Virus record (IMG/VR): IMGVR_UViG_3300029822_000014
Span: 1-50,364 of that record
Origin: a virus
Strand: one strand, 5' to 3'
DNA length: 50,364 bases
Shown here: positions 16,545-25,831 of the stretch, piece by piece
How positions within the stretch are numbered: position 1 is the stretch's first letter
How the letters are laid out: the number at the start of each line of letters is the position of its first letter
The notes under the pieces: generated by a model
Seen by the model: the letters and a program-made list of their open reading frames with translations, nothing else
Database searches by the model: none
Told to the model about the DNA's origin: nothing
Translations under genes and position numbers: made by a program

Positions 16545-18245
16545 TTGGTAATTAAAGGTAAAGTAACAAAGAAGAAACGAACAATCAAACCCCCATCACT
16601 TCCCAAAAAGAGTACAAATAAGGAAACTGTTACAAATAAAACCGTAGTAACTACGGATAAAACATCAACTGAGAAAAAGGTAGAAGCAAAAACATTACTA
16701 AAAGAGTATGTTCTCCGACCACCAGTAGGTACGGATACTTATTACAGTGTGGATGTTTTTGAAACATTAGAACCAATTGCTGAGGTGGATAAAAGTGAAG
16801 CTAATAAATCAACTAGTACAACATCAACAACGAATAGTGGAACGGATAGCACAAATACCAGTACTGCGAATACTGCAACCGATAGTACTAGCACCGATTC
16901 TACTAATGGAAGCACTGATAGTACGAGTACTGCAAGTACTGGAGTAACCTCAAGTGCAACAAGTACCGATACAACATCAACAGAAGACATAGAAGAGGAA
17001 TCCGATGATGGGGGATTCACACTTCACACTGGGAAAATATTGAAAACCCATACCTACAAGAAAATGTATGATATTGAATGGGATCATGACTATACTGATT
17101 GTACTGGGTCTGGAAAATTAACTTTTGAGTATAGTAAGGATTATTTGAAATATTTTTATAAAGGTGTACGATTATTAGTGAAGCAATACTGGAATTATCC
17201 ATCAACTTATCAAACATTGGAAGATGCACGATTAAAAGTTAAGGAAACTAGTTTAGCCGAAGAAAAAACTAAATTAAAGAAGATTATTGCACGGATAAAA
17301 AAGGATAATGTTGATGTTAGTAAAACTAATGATACTTCAACTAGTACTAAGTTAACTGGTACTGGTAAAACTTCAACAAGTAAGAATAGTGCAACTGATA
17401 CTACATTAACCACTACAAAAAGTGAGGATTCCACAACTAGTACTAATAAAACTAGTACAGATACAAGTAAAACAAAAACAACCACTACAACTACAGAAAT
17501 TAACATACCTGAAAATCCTACCACGGCAAATGATAGCTTATTAGGATTCATTACCGATAGTAGTATAAGTAATGATGGAATCGAAGTCACCCTCAGCGAT
17601 TATGGGAAAATGTTAGAAGAAAAAAAAGAATTAACATACACTCAGAAAAAGCGAAGCGAAATAGTTGAGAATGTAATTGCAAATGCAGGTTTAATACCAG
17701 TAGTAGACTTCACAGGTTTAACTGATGATGTGATTGATTGGACAAGTGTAACTGCTACAGGAAATAGTAGTGGGGGTGGAACTGTTGGAGAAGCCTCAAC
17801 TAGCTATACTCAATGTAGTCGTACTTATGATTTAGCAGGTAGTCTTGTTAGTTTCGGGTCTGTTCCTACATTGTCAAGTGGGGATGAAAGAATAAAAACT
17901 ATTGGTAAAAGTGGAACTAATTATGCCTCTGCTTGTAGTGGTAAAAGTATACAAGAAGTAATGAGCATATTACGAAACGGTTGGCACTACCACTACTATT
18001 CCGATAACAGGGATAATTGTGCAACTGATAGTTGGAATAATAAAGTAAGTAAAGGATTAAACTGTGGGGATAGTAGTAGATTATTAAAGTGTTGTATGGA
18101 TGTAGCAGGACACCCTTGCATATGTGTACATACAAGTGGACATTATTATAATGCTGTTCAAGTTAATGGACAATGGTTAACCGTGGATTTATGTCACAGT
18201 AGTGATATTAAAAGTAAAAGTGGGACTAATAAATTAGGATACTAA
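16545..18245 (+). CDS. Baseplate hub-like protein (gpD/XkdQ-like core) with C-terminal transglutaminase-like cysteine peptidase domain
   Basis: 566 aa; GGTGAT SD then TTG start; LGFITDSSISNDGIEVTLSDYGKMLE..RSEIVENVIANAGL resembles late-control-D/XkdQ proteins. The C-terminus has GLNCGDSSRLL (Cys507), SGHYYNAV (His533) and LTVD (Asp548). Two long S/T tracts. Confidence 0.6.
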   Translation: MVIKGKVTKKKRTIKPPSLPKKSTNKETVTNKTVVTTDKTSTEKKVEAKTLLKEYVLRPPVGTDTYYSVDVFETLEPIAEVDKSEANKSTSTTSTTNSGTDSTNTSTANTATDSTSTDSTNGSTDSTSTASTGVTSSATSTDTTSTEDIEEESDDGGFTLHTGKILKTHTYKKMYDIEWDHDYTDCTGSGKLTFEYSKDYLKYFYKGVRLLVKQYWNYPSTYQTLEDARLKVKETSLAEEKTKLKKIIARIKKDNVDVSKTNDTSTSTKLTGTGKTSTSKNSATDTTLTTTKSEDSTTSTNKTSTDTSKTKTTTTTTEINIPENPTTANDSLLGFITDSSISNDGIEVTLSDYGKMLEEKKELTYTQKKRSEIVENVIANAGLIPVVDFTGLTDDVIDWTSVTATGNSSGGGTVGEASTSYTQCSRTYDLAGSLVSFGSVPTLSSGDERIKTIGKSGTNYASACSGKSIQEVMSILRNGWHYHYYSDNRDNCATDSWNNKVSKGLNCGDSSRLLKCCMDVAGHPCICVHTSGHYYNAVQVNGQWLTVDLCHSSDIKSKSGTNKLGY

Positions 18246-18249
18246 TATT

Positions 18250-18462
18250 ATGTCAATAAATTATAATGAATTAAAATACAGATTAAAATTATATATCTCC
18301 CCTGAGTATCATCGGTTTCTTAATTTTGATTTCATAATAAAGGAAAGGAAGCTTGTAGGAACCAGTGATGAAGGATTACCTATTTATAAATATACTACTC
18401 CATTTGTGAATATTTTCCTCGATGATGAAGGCGGGTATATGGATGTGCATCCTCATGGCTGA
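18250..18462 (+). CDS. Small hypothetical tail-module protein
   Basis: 70 aa, 4 nt after the previous stop; its stop overlaps the likely start (18455) of the next gene. Confidence 0.4.
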   Translation: MSINYNELKYRLKLYISPEYHRFLNFDFIIKERKLVGTSDEGLPIYKYTTPFVNIFLDDEGGYMDVHPHG

Positions 18463-19396
18463 TGATACAATCACCGTGAACCAGTACCCAACTTGTGGAT
18501 GCTGTAAAAGTCAATCCGATTATCAAGGATACAAGAAATATACGAAAACATGGAAGAATTACTGCCCCCACTGTAAAAAAAGTGGTACACTCGCAGATAA
18601 TCCTAAAGGTGTTGCTGATGGTGAAATCACTTGTAGTCAAAGTAAGGGGGGTTGTGATGCTGATTATTGTGGATTCTGTGGTGGTGATAAAGGTGGAGGA
18701 GACCGATGTAAGAATTATCGATTAACCTCAGCCACCGCTACAAGCTCTGGTACAAGTAGTGGTACTACAAGTTCAAGTTATATGACTTTCTGGGAAATGT
18801 TAGAGGATTTACAGAAGCCTCTTGATGGGGAAGTTGAAATATTAATCCGTGATGACCGTGTATATTTTCATCATGTTCCTGATCACTCACAAACTGAATT
18901 ATTTCTTAGCGAGGGTGTGAACATTTTAGAAGACTCAGTTACTATTAAGGATTTTAATCCTGATACGGTTAATGTTTTGATTTGTAAATGGGGAACTAAT
19001 TATGATAAATATATTGTACTTAAGAATGCTGAACTTATAGAACGTTTTGGTGTTCATGCTAAGGAGGTACGATTGTTTACTACTAAAACGGAGTATGTGA
19101 CTACTACGACTGGTACAGATAGTACAAGTTCGGATACTAGTACTGATAGTTCAAGTAGCACTTCTTCAAGTAGTACGAGTGGTTCAAATAGTAATAGTAA
19201 AACAACTGGTTCAGGTAGTACAAAGAAGAAAACAAGTAAGAAAAAAAGTACTAAGAAACGAACTACTTATAAAACTGCTTATAAAGGTATGAATCGTAAA
19301 AATAATAAATCTACAAGTAAGACTAAGAATCCAACTGGTAAACCATGGTATGTAAACTTGGGCAATTATATTAAGAAGAGTATAGGTTGGAAATAA
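18422..19396 (+). CDS. Tail-module protein: N-terminal 10-Cys metal-binding-like cluster, S/T linker, basic conserved C-terminal module
   Basis: 324 aa (likely start ATG 18455, MADDTIT); CGCC..CPHC..C..C..YCGFC..C within ~75 aa; C-terminus KKRTTYKTAYKG..NKSTSKTKNPTGKPWYVNLGNYIKKSIGWK is shared with the next gene. Confidence 0.55.
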   Translation: MMKAGIWMCILMADDTITVNQYPTCGCCKSQSDYQGYKKYTKTWKNYCPHCKKSGTLADNPKGVADGEITCSQSKGGCDADYCGFCGGDKGGGDRCKNYRLTSATATSSGTSSGTTSSSYMTFWEMLEDLQKPLDGEVEILIRDDRVYFHHVPDHSQTELFLSEGVNILEDSVTIKDFNPDTVNVLICKWGTNYDKYIVLKNAELIERFGVHAKEVRLFTTKTEYVTTTTGTDSTSSDTSTDSSSSTSSSSTSGSNSNSKTTGSGSTKKKTSKKKSTKKRTTYKTAYKGMNRKNNKSTSKTKNPTGKPWYVNLGNYIKKSIGWK

Positions 19397-19397
19397 A

Positions 19398-20330
19398 ATG
19401 ACTGGTGTGAAATGGAGTAATGGTAATCATGTTACTTACCAAAAAAGTAATGGTAACTGGATTATCCGTAATAAGTCAGGTAAAGCTATTGGAATATATA
19501 AGAAAGGTAGTAGTACTGGGAATTATTTAACAAAACATCATGTTAGTAAAACTTATAAATCTAAATCTTCAAGTAAAAAGAAAACATCTTCAGGTTCTGC
19601 ATCTAGTACTAATTCCAATTCTTCAAATTCCTCTTCAAGTACTAATACGGATACATCTAGTACAGATGGAACAACTACGGATAATACAACCACTACAACA
19701 ACTACTGCAAAAGTAATCGAAATACCAATAACCAACTATGAAGATGCAGTTAAAAGAGCTAAACTCATGATGAATAAGGAAATGCGAAAAGATGGACACT
19801 CATTGGAATGTAAAGTGTTTGGTAGTAATGAGTGGTGTAGTGGTAATTGGGTTAAAGTTAAAATCCCCTCCTTTGATGAAGATGGGTATATGTACCTTAC
19901 AAAAGTATCCCATAGTACATCGGCTGATGATGTTTGGACAACAAGTTTAACTTTACAAGATTACCCACCAAGCTTGGGTAGTGGTACGAGTAATGATCCA
20001 AATAGTCAAACATCAACTGATACTTCAAGCACAGATACTTCAAGCACGGACAGTACATCAACTGATACAGCTAGTTCAAGTAGTACAGGTTCAACTAGTT
20101 CCAGTTCAAGTAGTGGTTCTAGTTCAAGTAGTTCTGGTAGTAGTAAGAAGAAAACTACACGGAAAAGTGGAAGTAAAAAAACAACAAAGAAACGAACCAC
20201 TTACCGTACAGCATACAAGGGAAGTAATGTACGGAGTAATAAGAGTACAAGTAAAACTAAGAATCCTACAGGTAAAGCATGGTATGTTAATCTTGGAAAT
20301 TGGGTTAAGAAGAGTATAGGTTGGAAGTGA
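19398..20330 (+). CDS. Tail-module protein, paralogous C-terminal module to the 18422..19396 product
   Basis: 310 aa; C-terminus KKRTTYRTAYKG..NKSTSKTKNPTGKAWYVNLGNWVKKSIGWK; the middle part (ECKVFGSNEWCSGNWVKVKIPSFDEDGYMYLTKVSHS) resembles the XkdQ/gpD C-terminal region. Confidence 0.55.
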   Translation: MTGVKWSNGNHVTYQKSNGNWIIRNKSGKAIGIYKKGSSTGNYLTKHHVSKTYKSKSSSKKKTSSGSASSTNSNSSNSSSSTNTDTSSTDGTTTDNTTTTTTTAKVIEIPITNYEDAVKRAKLMMNKEMRKDGHSLECKVFGSNEWCSGNWVKVKIPSFDEDGYMYLTKVSHSTSADDVWTTSLTLQDYPPSLGSGTSNDPNSQTSTDTSSTDTSSTDSTSTDTASSSSTGSTSSSSSSGSSSSSSGSSKKKTTRKSGSKKTTKKRTTYRTAYKGSNVRSNKSTSKTKNPTGKAWYVNLGNWVKKSIGWK

Positions 20331-20336
20331 ATAATT

Positions 20337-21026
20337 ATGGTGAAATCCGATAAGATTACGGTAACGGATGCACGATTAAGAAAAGCATTATCACAAGTGG
20401 TGGAAACTACTAGTAGTGGTAAAAGCACAGTTAAAGCCGAGTTAAAAGAATCTTTAAGTTTGCAAATCGGAGAAGTACTTAAGTTTTTTCCAGGTACAGA
20501 TAAAATCCTTGTACGATTAAATAGTACAGGGGAAGAAGTACGATGTGTACAATCACATTTAATAGTTGGGACTGATTTTAATATTAGTTTAACTCCTCAA
20601 GGAGAAATGGAACTTGATACGGAATATGATGAATTAGGGGTTACTCCAAATAATACTTATTATGCTCTTATATTAAATATTAGGGATACGGATAATTTGA
20701 AAGAGTATGCAGTATTGGGGTATATTAGTCGTGATAATACCAAATTAACTAGTAATGCTAGTCCTGGAATGTTCCAAATACTTCGAGATACATCATTATT
20801 AAGTATAAATGAAGATGGATTAGTCCTTCAAGTTGATGGGGATACACGGATAGAAATCATTAATGGGGTAATAAACCTTACTGGACAGTCTGTAATGGTA
20901 AATAGTACACCAATAAGTACAAGTAGTAATGGTGCTACTAGTACAGTTTATTATACTCGAACCGAAGTTGATGCCTTATTGAAAACTTTAACTGATAGGA
21001 TTACAGTATTGGAGAATAGAACATGA
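20337..21026 (+). CDS. Baseplate spike/fibre-like protein (positional)
   Basis: 229 aa; C-terminal YTRTEVDALLKTLTDRITVLENR fibre-type coiled-coil motif. Confidence 0.4.
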   Translation: MVKSDKITVTDARLRKALSQVVETTSSGKSTVKAELKESLSLQIGEVLKFFPGTDKILVRLNSTGEEVRCVQSHLIVGTDFNISLTPQGEMELDTEYDELGVTPNNTYYALILNIRDTDNLKEYAVLGYISRDNTKLTSNASPGMFQILRDTSLLSINEDGLVLQVDGDTRIEIINGVINLTGQSVMVNSTPISTSSNGATSTVYYTRTEVDALLKTLTDRITVLENRT

Positions 21027-21937
21027 ATGATGAAATAGATTATTTTAAAACCTTACACAAGGATATAGAACTTATCTGGACGAGTGAAGGTTTTGATGTG
21101 AACATGGATAAAGATGATTATGTCCAATTAAAAGACTTAGAGGCCTTAAGGAATGATTGTTTATTAACTATTATTACACGATTTAAAGAATTAAAGGATA
21201 ATCCAACTTTTAAAGAGTTTGGTTGTAAAGCTTATGAATTAATCAAAAGTAATAAGTCTACTATGATTATTTATAAGTTGGAATCCTATTTTAAGGAAGC
21301 ATTAAAAAGTATGCGAAGAGTATACATGGTGGATTATGTTACAGTAACCGAGAATGAAGATGAACCGTATAAATATAATGTAGCATTCCAAGTACGGAGC
21401 CGTACAGATGAAATCGTGTATGGGGAAACAAGTATAAAAAATATTAGTAGTACTAACTTGATACCTACACAAATTTATTGTAGTAGTAATCAAGATTATG
21501 CTAATCCCTACGAACCCTGCTTAATAACATTTAAATGCACATATGGGGGTAATCATGCTTTAAGTAATGAAATTGTGAGTATTTATGTTAATAATCATTT
21601 ATATACACGGCGTGTGACTGATCTTGATGGGTTGTGTAGTTTTTATTATTATCCCAGTATGAGTAGTATGGATTTAGAAATATATGCCTCATTCGAGGGG
21701 GCAAGTAATAAGAATAAATGTAAAAGTAATATTTTAAGTATTACAAGTACAAACTTTTACTTTAAACAATTAAATGGACACTTATTAATGATTTACACAG
21801 ATAACACCACCCCACCAACAGTTACATTAAATAAGACTGTGGTTGATGGGGAAATACATTTTGTGATGAGTTGTGATGATCCATTAACTTTTAATATAAA
21901 TGATAATGGGCATTTGATTGGTGAGGGTATAGACTAA
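21023..21937 (+). CDS. Baseplate wedge protein (gp25/GpW-like N-terminus) with C-terminal beta-sandwich extension
   Basis: 304 aa; LRNDCLLTIITRFKELKDNPTFKEFGCKAYELI resembles the GPW_gp25 motif (..p.fG..l..l); ATGA overlap with the previous gene. Confidence 0.4.
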   Translation: MNDEIDYFKTLHKDIELIWTSEGFDVNMDKDDYVQLKDLEALRNDCLLTIITRFKELKDNPTFKEFGCKAYELIKSNKSTMIIYKLESYFKEALKSMRRVYMVDYVTVTENEDEPYKYNVAFQVRSRTDEIVYGETSIKNISSTNLIPTQIYCSSNQDYANPYEPCLITFKCTYGGNHALSNEIVSIYVNNHLYTRRVTDLDGLCSFYYYPSMSSMDLEIYASFEGASNKNKCKSNILSITSTNFYFKQLNGHLLMIYTDNTTPPTVTLNKTVVDGEIHFVMSCDDPLTFNINDNGHLIGEGID

Positions 21938-21954
21938 AAAAGGAGGATTGTTTT

Positions 21955-22572
21955 ATGGCAACAATGGATTATGGTGATATTAAAGGGGATACTGGTGATG
22001 GACTTGAATTCACTATTGTAGGGAATACAATTGGTGTAAGAGTGAAACCGAATAATGAGACAGCAACAAGTGATTATACTTATACTCCTGATTTGAAAGG
22101 GGATACTGGTTTGACTGGGAGTAAGGGGGATACTGGTACGGTTTATACTCCGGTGATTACAAGTAATGAGAATAAGATATTGTTAGGTTGGAGTAATGAT
22201 GGGGGGTTAGTTAATCCTGCAACTATAAATATTAAAGGTGATAAGGGGGATACTGGTACTACTTTGTTTACTATTGTTACTGCGAATACTTTTGCAGAGT
22301 TACCTAGTACTGGTGAGACTGGTATTATTTATTGTGTTCCGAATGGTACTAGTGGGAGTAATAGTTTTGATAATTATTTGTGGTATAATGGTGCTTATGA
22401 CAGTTTTGGTAGTTTGGAAATTGATTTAACTAATTATTATACGAAAACTGAAGTTGATACTAGTTTAAGTACTAAAGCTAATAGTAGTGATGTTTACACT
22501 AAAACAGATACTTATAGTAAAACTGAAATTGATACTCTTATTGGAGAGATAGGTGATATGATTGAGTCTTAA
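21955..22572 (+). CDS. Tail fibre protein with short collagen-like G-X-Y runs
   Basis: 205 aa; KGDTGDG, KGDTGLTGSKGDTGT and KGDKGDTGT; C-terminal YTKTEVDTSLSTKA..YSKTEIDTLIGEI fibre repeats. Confidence 0.6.
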   Translation: MATMDYGDIKGDTGDGLEFTIVGNTIGVRVKPNNETATSDYTYTPDLKGDTGLTGSKGDTGTVYTPVITSNENKILLGWSNDGGLVNPATINIKGDKGDTGTTLFTIVTANTFAELPSTGETGIIYCVPNGTSGSNSFDNYLWYNGAYDSFGSLEIDLTNYYTKTEVDTSLSTKANSSDVYTKTDTYSKTEIDTLIGEIGDMIES

Positions 22573-24373
22573 AAGTAAATTAGAAACATATCGTACACTT
22601 CTAGTACAAAATTTAAATAATAAAGGAATAAGTGATGCAACAACTAGTATGGGTTTAACAACCTTAGCGAACAAAATTCCGAATATTAATACTGGAGAAA
22701 CTTACACAATAAGCACAATAACTCCTTTTACCTCAACAGCGTTTGTTGATGAAATGATCCCTATTACAGTTACTGTGACTGATACTAAAAATAAACCTGC
22801 AGATTATGTGAAATGTTATCTTAAAGTTGATAATATTGTGCAAGAAGAAACTATAAATGTTAAAGATGGTAGAGTTATATTAAATTTCACCTCCGATACA
22901 GTAGGGGAACATACTGTTCAAGCATTTATAAACGATGCAAGTGTTAGTTCTCCTATAACTATTACGGTTACTAATCCGAATTATTATGTTAATCCTGCAG
23001 GAAGTGATAGTAATAATGGTACAAGTAGTACTACTCCTTTTAAAACCCTTACTAAGGCTATTACTACTGCAACAGATAAAAGTAGTATTTATGTTCAAGC
23101 AGGATATTATGCAGGAACAGATAATACTGTATTAAGTATATCAAAAAATTTAACAATTTACAGTAATGGTTCTGCACTATTTGATGGGGGAAATGTTAGA
23201 CAATCCGGATTCACAGTAGCAACTGGTTATAGTGTTACTTTGAATGGTTTAAAGTTTATTAATGGTTCAGGTAATGCTGGTGCTGTAACTGTGAATGAAA
23301 ATTGTAGTATAATAAATTGTAATTTCACAAACAATAATAAAAGTACTTCAACCGATAATGCGACAGGTTGGGGTGGTGCTGTTTATTGTATTGGTTCAAA
23401 TAATTATATTTTTAATTCCGATTTTTATAGTAACAAAGCTTATAATGGTGGGGCTATTTGGAACAATTCCTCAAATATTGTGACTGATTGTACATTTTCA
23501 GGTAATAATGCTTCAAGTAGTGGTGGGGCTATTTGGAACAATTCCTCAAATAATACTGTGACTGATTGTACATTTTCAGGTAATAATGCTTCAAATAATG
23601 GTGGGGCTATTTGGAACAATTCCTCAAATATTGTGACTGATTGTACATTCAGTAATAATGCTTCAAGTAGTGGTGGGGCTATTTCGAACGGTTCCTCAAA
23701 TATTGTGACTGATTGTACATTCAGTAATAATACTTCAAGTAATGGTGGGGCTATTCGGAACGATTCCTCAAATATTGTGACTGATTGTACATTCAGTAAT
23801 AATGCTTCAAGTAGTGGTGGGGCTATTTTGAACGATTCCTCAAATAATACTGTGACTGATTGTACATTTTCAGGTAATAATGCTTCAAGTAGTGGTGGGG
23901 CTATTTATATTTATGATAGTAATGTTAATGTTAAAAATTGCAGTTTCAAAAACAATACACCAACAAATCTTTATGTACAAGGAACTTCTTCAGGTACAGT
24001 AACAAACTGTTACTGGGGAACAGACACACCAACCACAACCGATTACGGTTCACTAGGAGGATACACCGTGAGTAATAATGCGACTAGTAAAACCGTGTAC
24101 AATATTATTAAGTACACTCAAGCTTCCGTATCTTCAGGCACAAGTATACTCTTAACAATAAAATGTAATGATTGTAACGGTAACCCTTTAAGTGATATGA
24201 TTTTAACTTTGAAAGATGGAACAAACATTTTAACCACTCTTACAACTGATACTAATGGATTAGCCACTTATACATTAACAGTAACAGCAAGTATGAGTTT
24301 AACAGTAACAAATACTGCAACAGATAATTATAATAGTTGCACAAGCGAAACAAGAACAATAACACTCGCATAA
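22562..24373 (+). CDS. Adhesin-like tail fibre with right-handed parallel beta-helix repeats flanked by Ig-like domains
   Basis: 603 aa; 7-8 coils of CTFSGNNASSSGGAIWNNSSNIVTD (24-26 aa), typical of PbH1/pectate-lyase-fold adhesin-like proteins of Methanobrevibacter-type archaea. Confidence 0.7.
   Translation: MSLKSKLETYRTLLVQNLNNKGISDATTSMGLTTLANKIPNINTGETYTISTITPFTSTAFVDEMIPITVTVTDTKNKPADYVKCYLKVDNIVQEETINVKDGRVILNFTSDTVGEHTVQAFINDASVSSPITITVTNPNYYVNPAGSDSNNGTSSTTPFKTLTKAITTATDKSSIYVQAGYYAGTDNTVLSISKNLTIYSNGSALFDGGNVRQSGFTVATGYSVTLNGLKFINGSGNAGAVTVNENCSIINCNFTNNNKSTSTDNATGWGGAVYCIGSNNYIFNSDFYSNKAYNGGAIWNNSSNIVTDCTFSGNNASSSGGAIWNNSSNNTVTDCTFSGNNASNNGGAIWNNSSNIVTDCTFSNNASSSGGAISNGSSNIVTDCTFSNNTSSNGGAIRNDSSNIVTDCTFSNNASSSGGAILNDSSNNTVTDCTFSGNNASSSGGAIYIYDSNVNVKNCSFKNNTPTNLYVQGTSSGTVTNCYWGTDTPTTTDYGSLGGYTVSNNATSKTVYNIIKYTQASVSSGTSILLTIKCNDCNGNPLSDMILTLKDGTNILTTLTTDTNGLATYTLTVTASMSLTVTNTATDNYNSCTSETRTITLA
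23447..23910 (+). repeat. In-frame tandem repeat array (7 units of 72-78 bp) encoding beta-helix coils
   Basis: GGTGGGGCTATT recurs at 23447, 23522, 23600, 23672, 23744, 23816 and 23894 with near-identical flanks (..tcctcaaatattgtgactgattgtacatt..). Confidence 0.9.
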
Positions 24374-24390
24374 TAAAGGGGGGTTAATTC

Positions 24391-24549
24391 ATGCACAAAA
24401 CACAAGAAAAATATCGTTATCAGTCAGTTTATGCAGGATATTGTGTAAATTGTAAACTTGAACAAGCACATGAATGCACCTTAGCATTATACAAAAATGA
24501 AAAGAATAATTATGAATGCTACAATTACGAGGGGGTAAATATTAAATGA
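24391..24549 (+). CDS. Small Cys-containing ORF (52 aa), below the track cutoff
   Basis: aaaGGGGGGttaattcATG; MHKTQEKYRYQSVYAGYCVNCKLEQAHECTLALYKNEKNNYECYNYEGVNIK; ATGA overlap with the next gene. Confidence 0.35.
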   Translation: MHKTQEKYRYQSVYAGYCVNCKLEQAHECTLALYKNEKNNYECYNYEGVNIK

Positions 24550-25829
24550 TAAATAATACAATAAACCCAAAAATAAAAACTTACAATGAAATATTTATTG
24601 ATTTATTAACCCGTGCATATCAACAAGGACTCATAAGCGATGATACTCATTTCCTCGAATACATAGAAAATGGTGTTGATATTGAAAATATGTACATACT
24701 AACACTCTCAAACTATTCCCAGGAGTATGAACAAGAATACAATGCACTGAAATCCATTATAAACTCAAATGATATAGATAAAGCCACAGGTTCAGACCTT
24801 GAAATACTTGGTAACCTACTCGGAATACCACGACCAACCGGTACACACCCACTCGTAACTGTGACCTTCAGCATAATCGCAACCACAGATAATAATATTA
24901 TAATACCAGCCAACACTATACTTACAAGTACAGAGCAAGATGTAATCTATTACACCTTAGAGGAGGTTAGTATACCGAAAGGACAATTATCAGTTGATGT
25001 TACTGCACAAGCACAACACATTGGACACACTGACAGTGTCAATCCTAATACTATAACATTAATCCAATCCACTTTAAATACTAAGTTGAAAGTAAGTGTA
25101 AACAATACAACTGCAAGTACTGGTGGAACAGAACCAGATGATGATAACACTTACCGATTAAGGTTAAAAAAATGGAACACAACACTCAAACGCGGAACCA
25201 AAGATGCCTACGAGTACTACCTACAAAATGTTGATGGATTAGAAGGATACAGATTATTACCCAACTGGGACGGAACAGGAACCGTGAAAGTAATCGTAGA
25301 CCCAAATACTCAATACATGGTAGATACAATCGCAAATGACCTATTCCAAGATGTGCAAAGCTTCGATGATGATGTCATCGTTGAAGGAGTAACCCCCATT
25401 ACAATAAGTGTAACCTGCAATGTTAACATCACCCTTGATGAAACCTACACATTAAGCGATACAGAAAAACAAGACCTACAAGACAAGATAAGAATGGCAA
25501 TTGAATACTACATTGATGGAGGAACCTACAACAATCTCACATATACAGGATTACAAATCGGTGAAGACTTCATACCATGGAAATGCAGTCTATTCATAAA
25601 TAATTTCCTTTCAACTGTGATTACTGACCCAAACAAGAGACACATACAAGACATAAGTTTTAAACCAACCATTAAAAACGATACCGACAGTTTATCTCCA
25701 GTAGTACTACCTGATTATATTCCAATAGAAGATGAACAAATAGCAACACTCCAAAGTGGATACTCAGTAAACCTTGATGAAACATTAACACCAGTACAAA
25801 GTGGAACTATTAATATAACAATTAATTAA
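24546..25829 (+). CDS. Baseplate J-like protein
   Basis: 427 aa; GSDLEILGNLLGIPRPTGTHPLVTVTF resembles the Baseplate_J motif (L..lg...G..R..a..A.g.vtF); myovirus baseplate context. Confidence 0.6.
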   Translation: MINNTINPKIKTYNEIFIDLLTRAYQQGLISDDTHFLEYIENGVDIENMYILTLSNYSQEYEQEYNALKSIINSNDIDKATGSDLEILGNLLGIPRPTGTHPLVTVTFSIIATTDNNIIIPANTILTSTEQDVIYYTLEEVSIPKGQLSVDVTAQAQHIGHTDSVNPNTITLIQSTLNTKLKVSVNNTTASTGGTEPDDDNTYRLRLKKWNTTLKRGTKDAYEYYLQNVDGLEGYRLLPNWDGTGTVKVIVDPNTQYMVDTIANDLFQDVQSFDDDVIVEGVTPITISVTCNVNITLDETYTLSDTEKQDLQDKIRMAIEYYIDGGTYNNLTYTGLQIGEDFIPWKCSLFINNFLSTVITDPNKRHIQDISFKPTIKNDTDSLSPVVLPDYIPIEDEQIATLQSGYSVNLDETLTPVQSGTINITIN

Positions 25830-25831
25830 AG

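Noticed and set aside
16306-20428. Minus-strand V/L-rich ORFs (16306..16524, 16742..17020, 17017..17229, 17210..17590, 17917..18135, 18395..18640, 19553..19735, 20006..20200, 20201..20428)
   Set aside because: The V/L-rich ones among them are reverse complements of the Ser/Thr-rich (ACN/AGY) tracts, which read as Val/Leu-rich strings without stops. All lie inside strong + strand genes.
10193-22429. Plus-strand alternative-frame ORFs 10193..10408, 18495..18725, 19981..20319 and 22238..22429
   Set aside because: Each is nested out of frame in a longer ORF with clear operon coupling. The translations are repetitive (V/Q/L-rich), caused by the low-complexity coding tracts.
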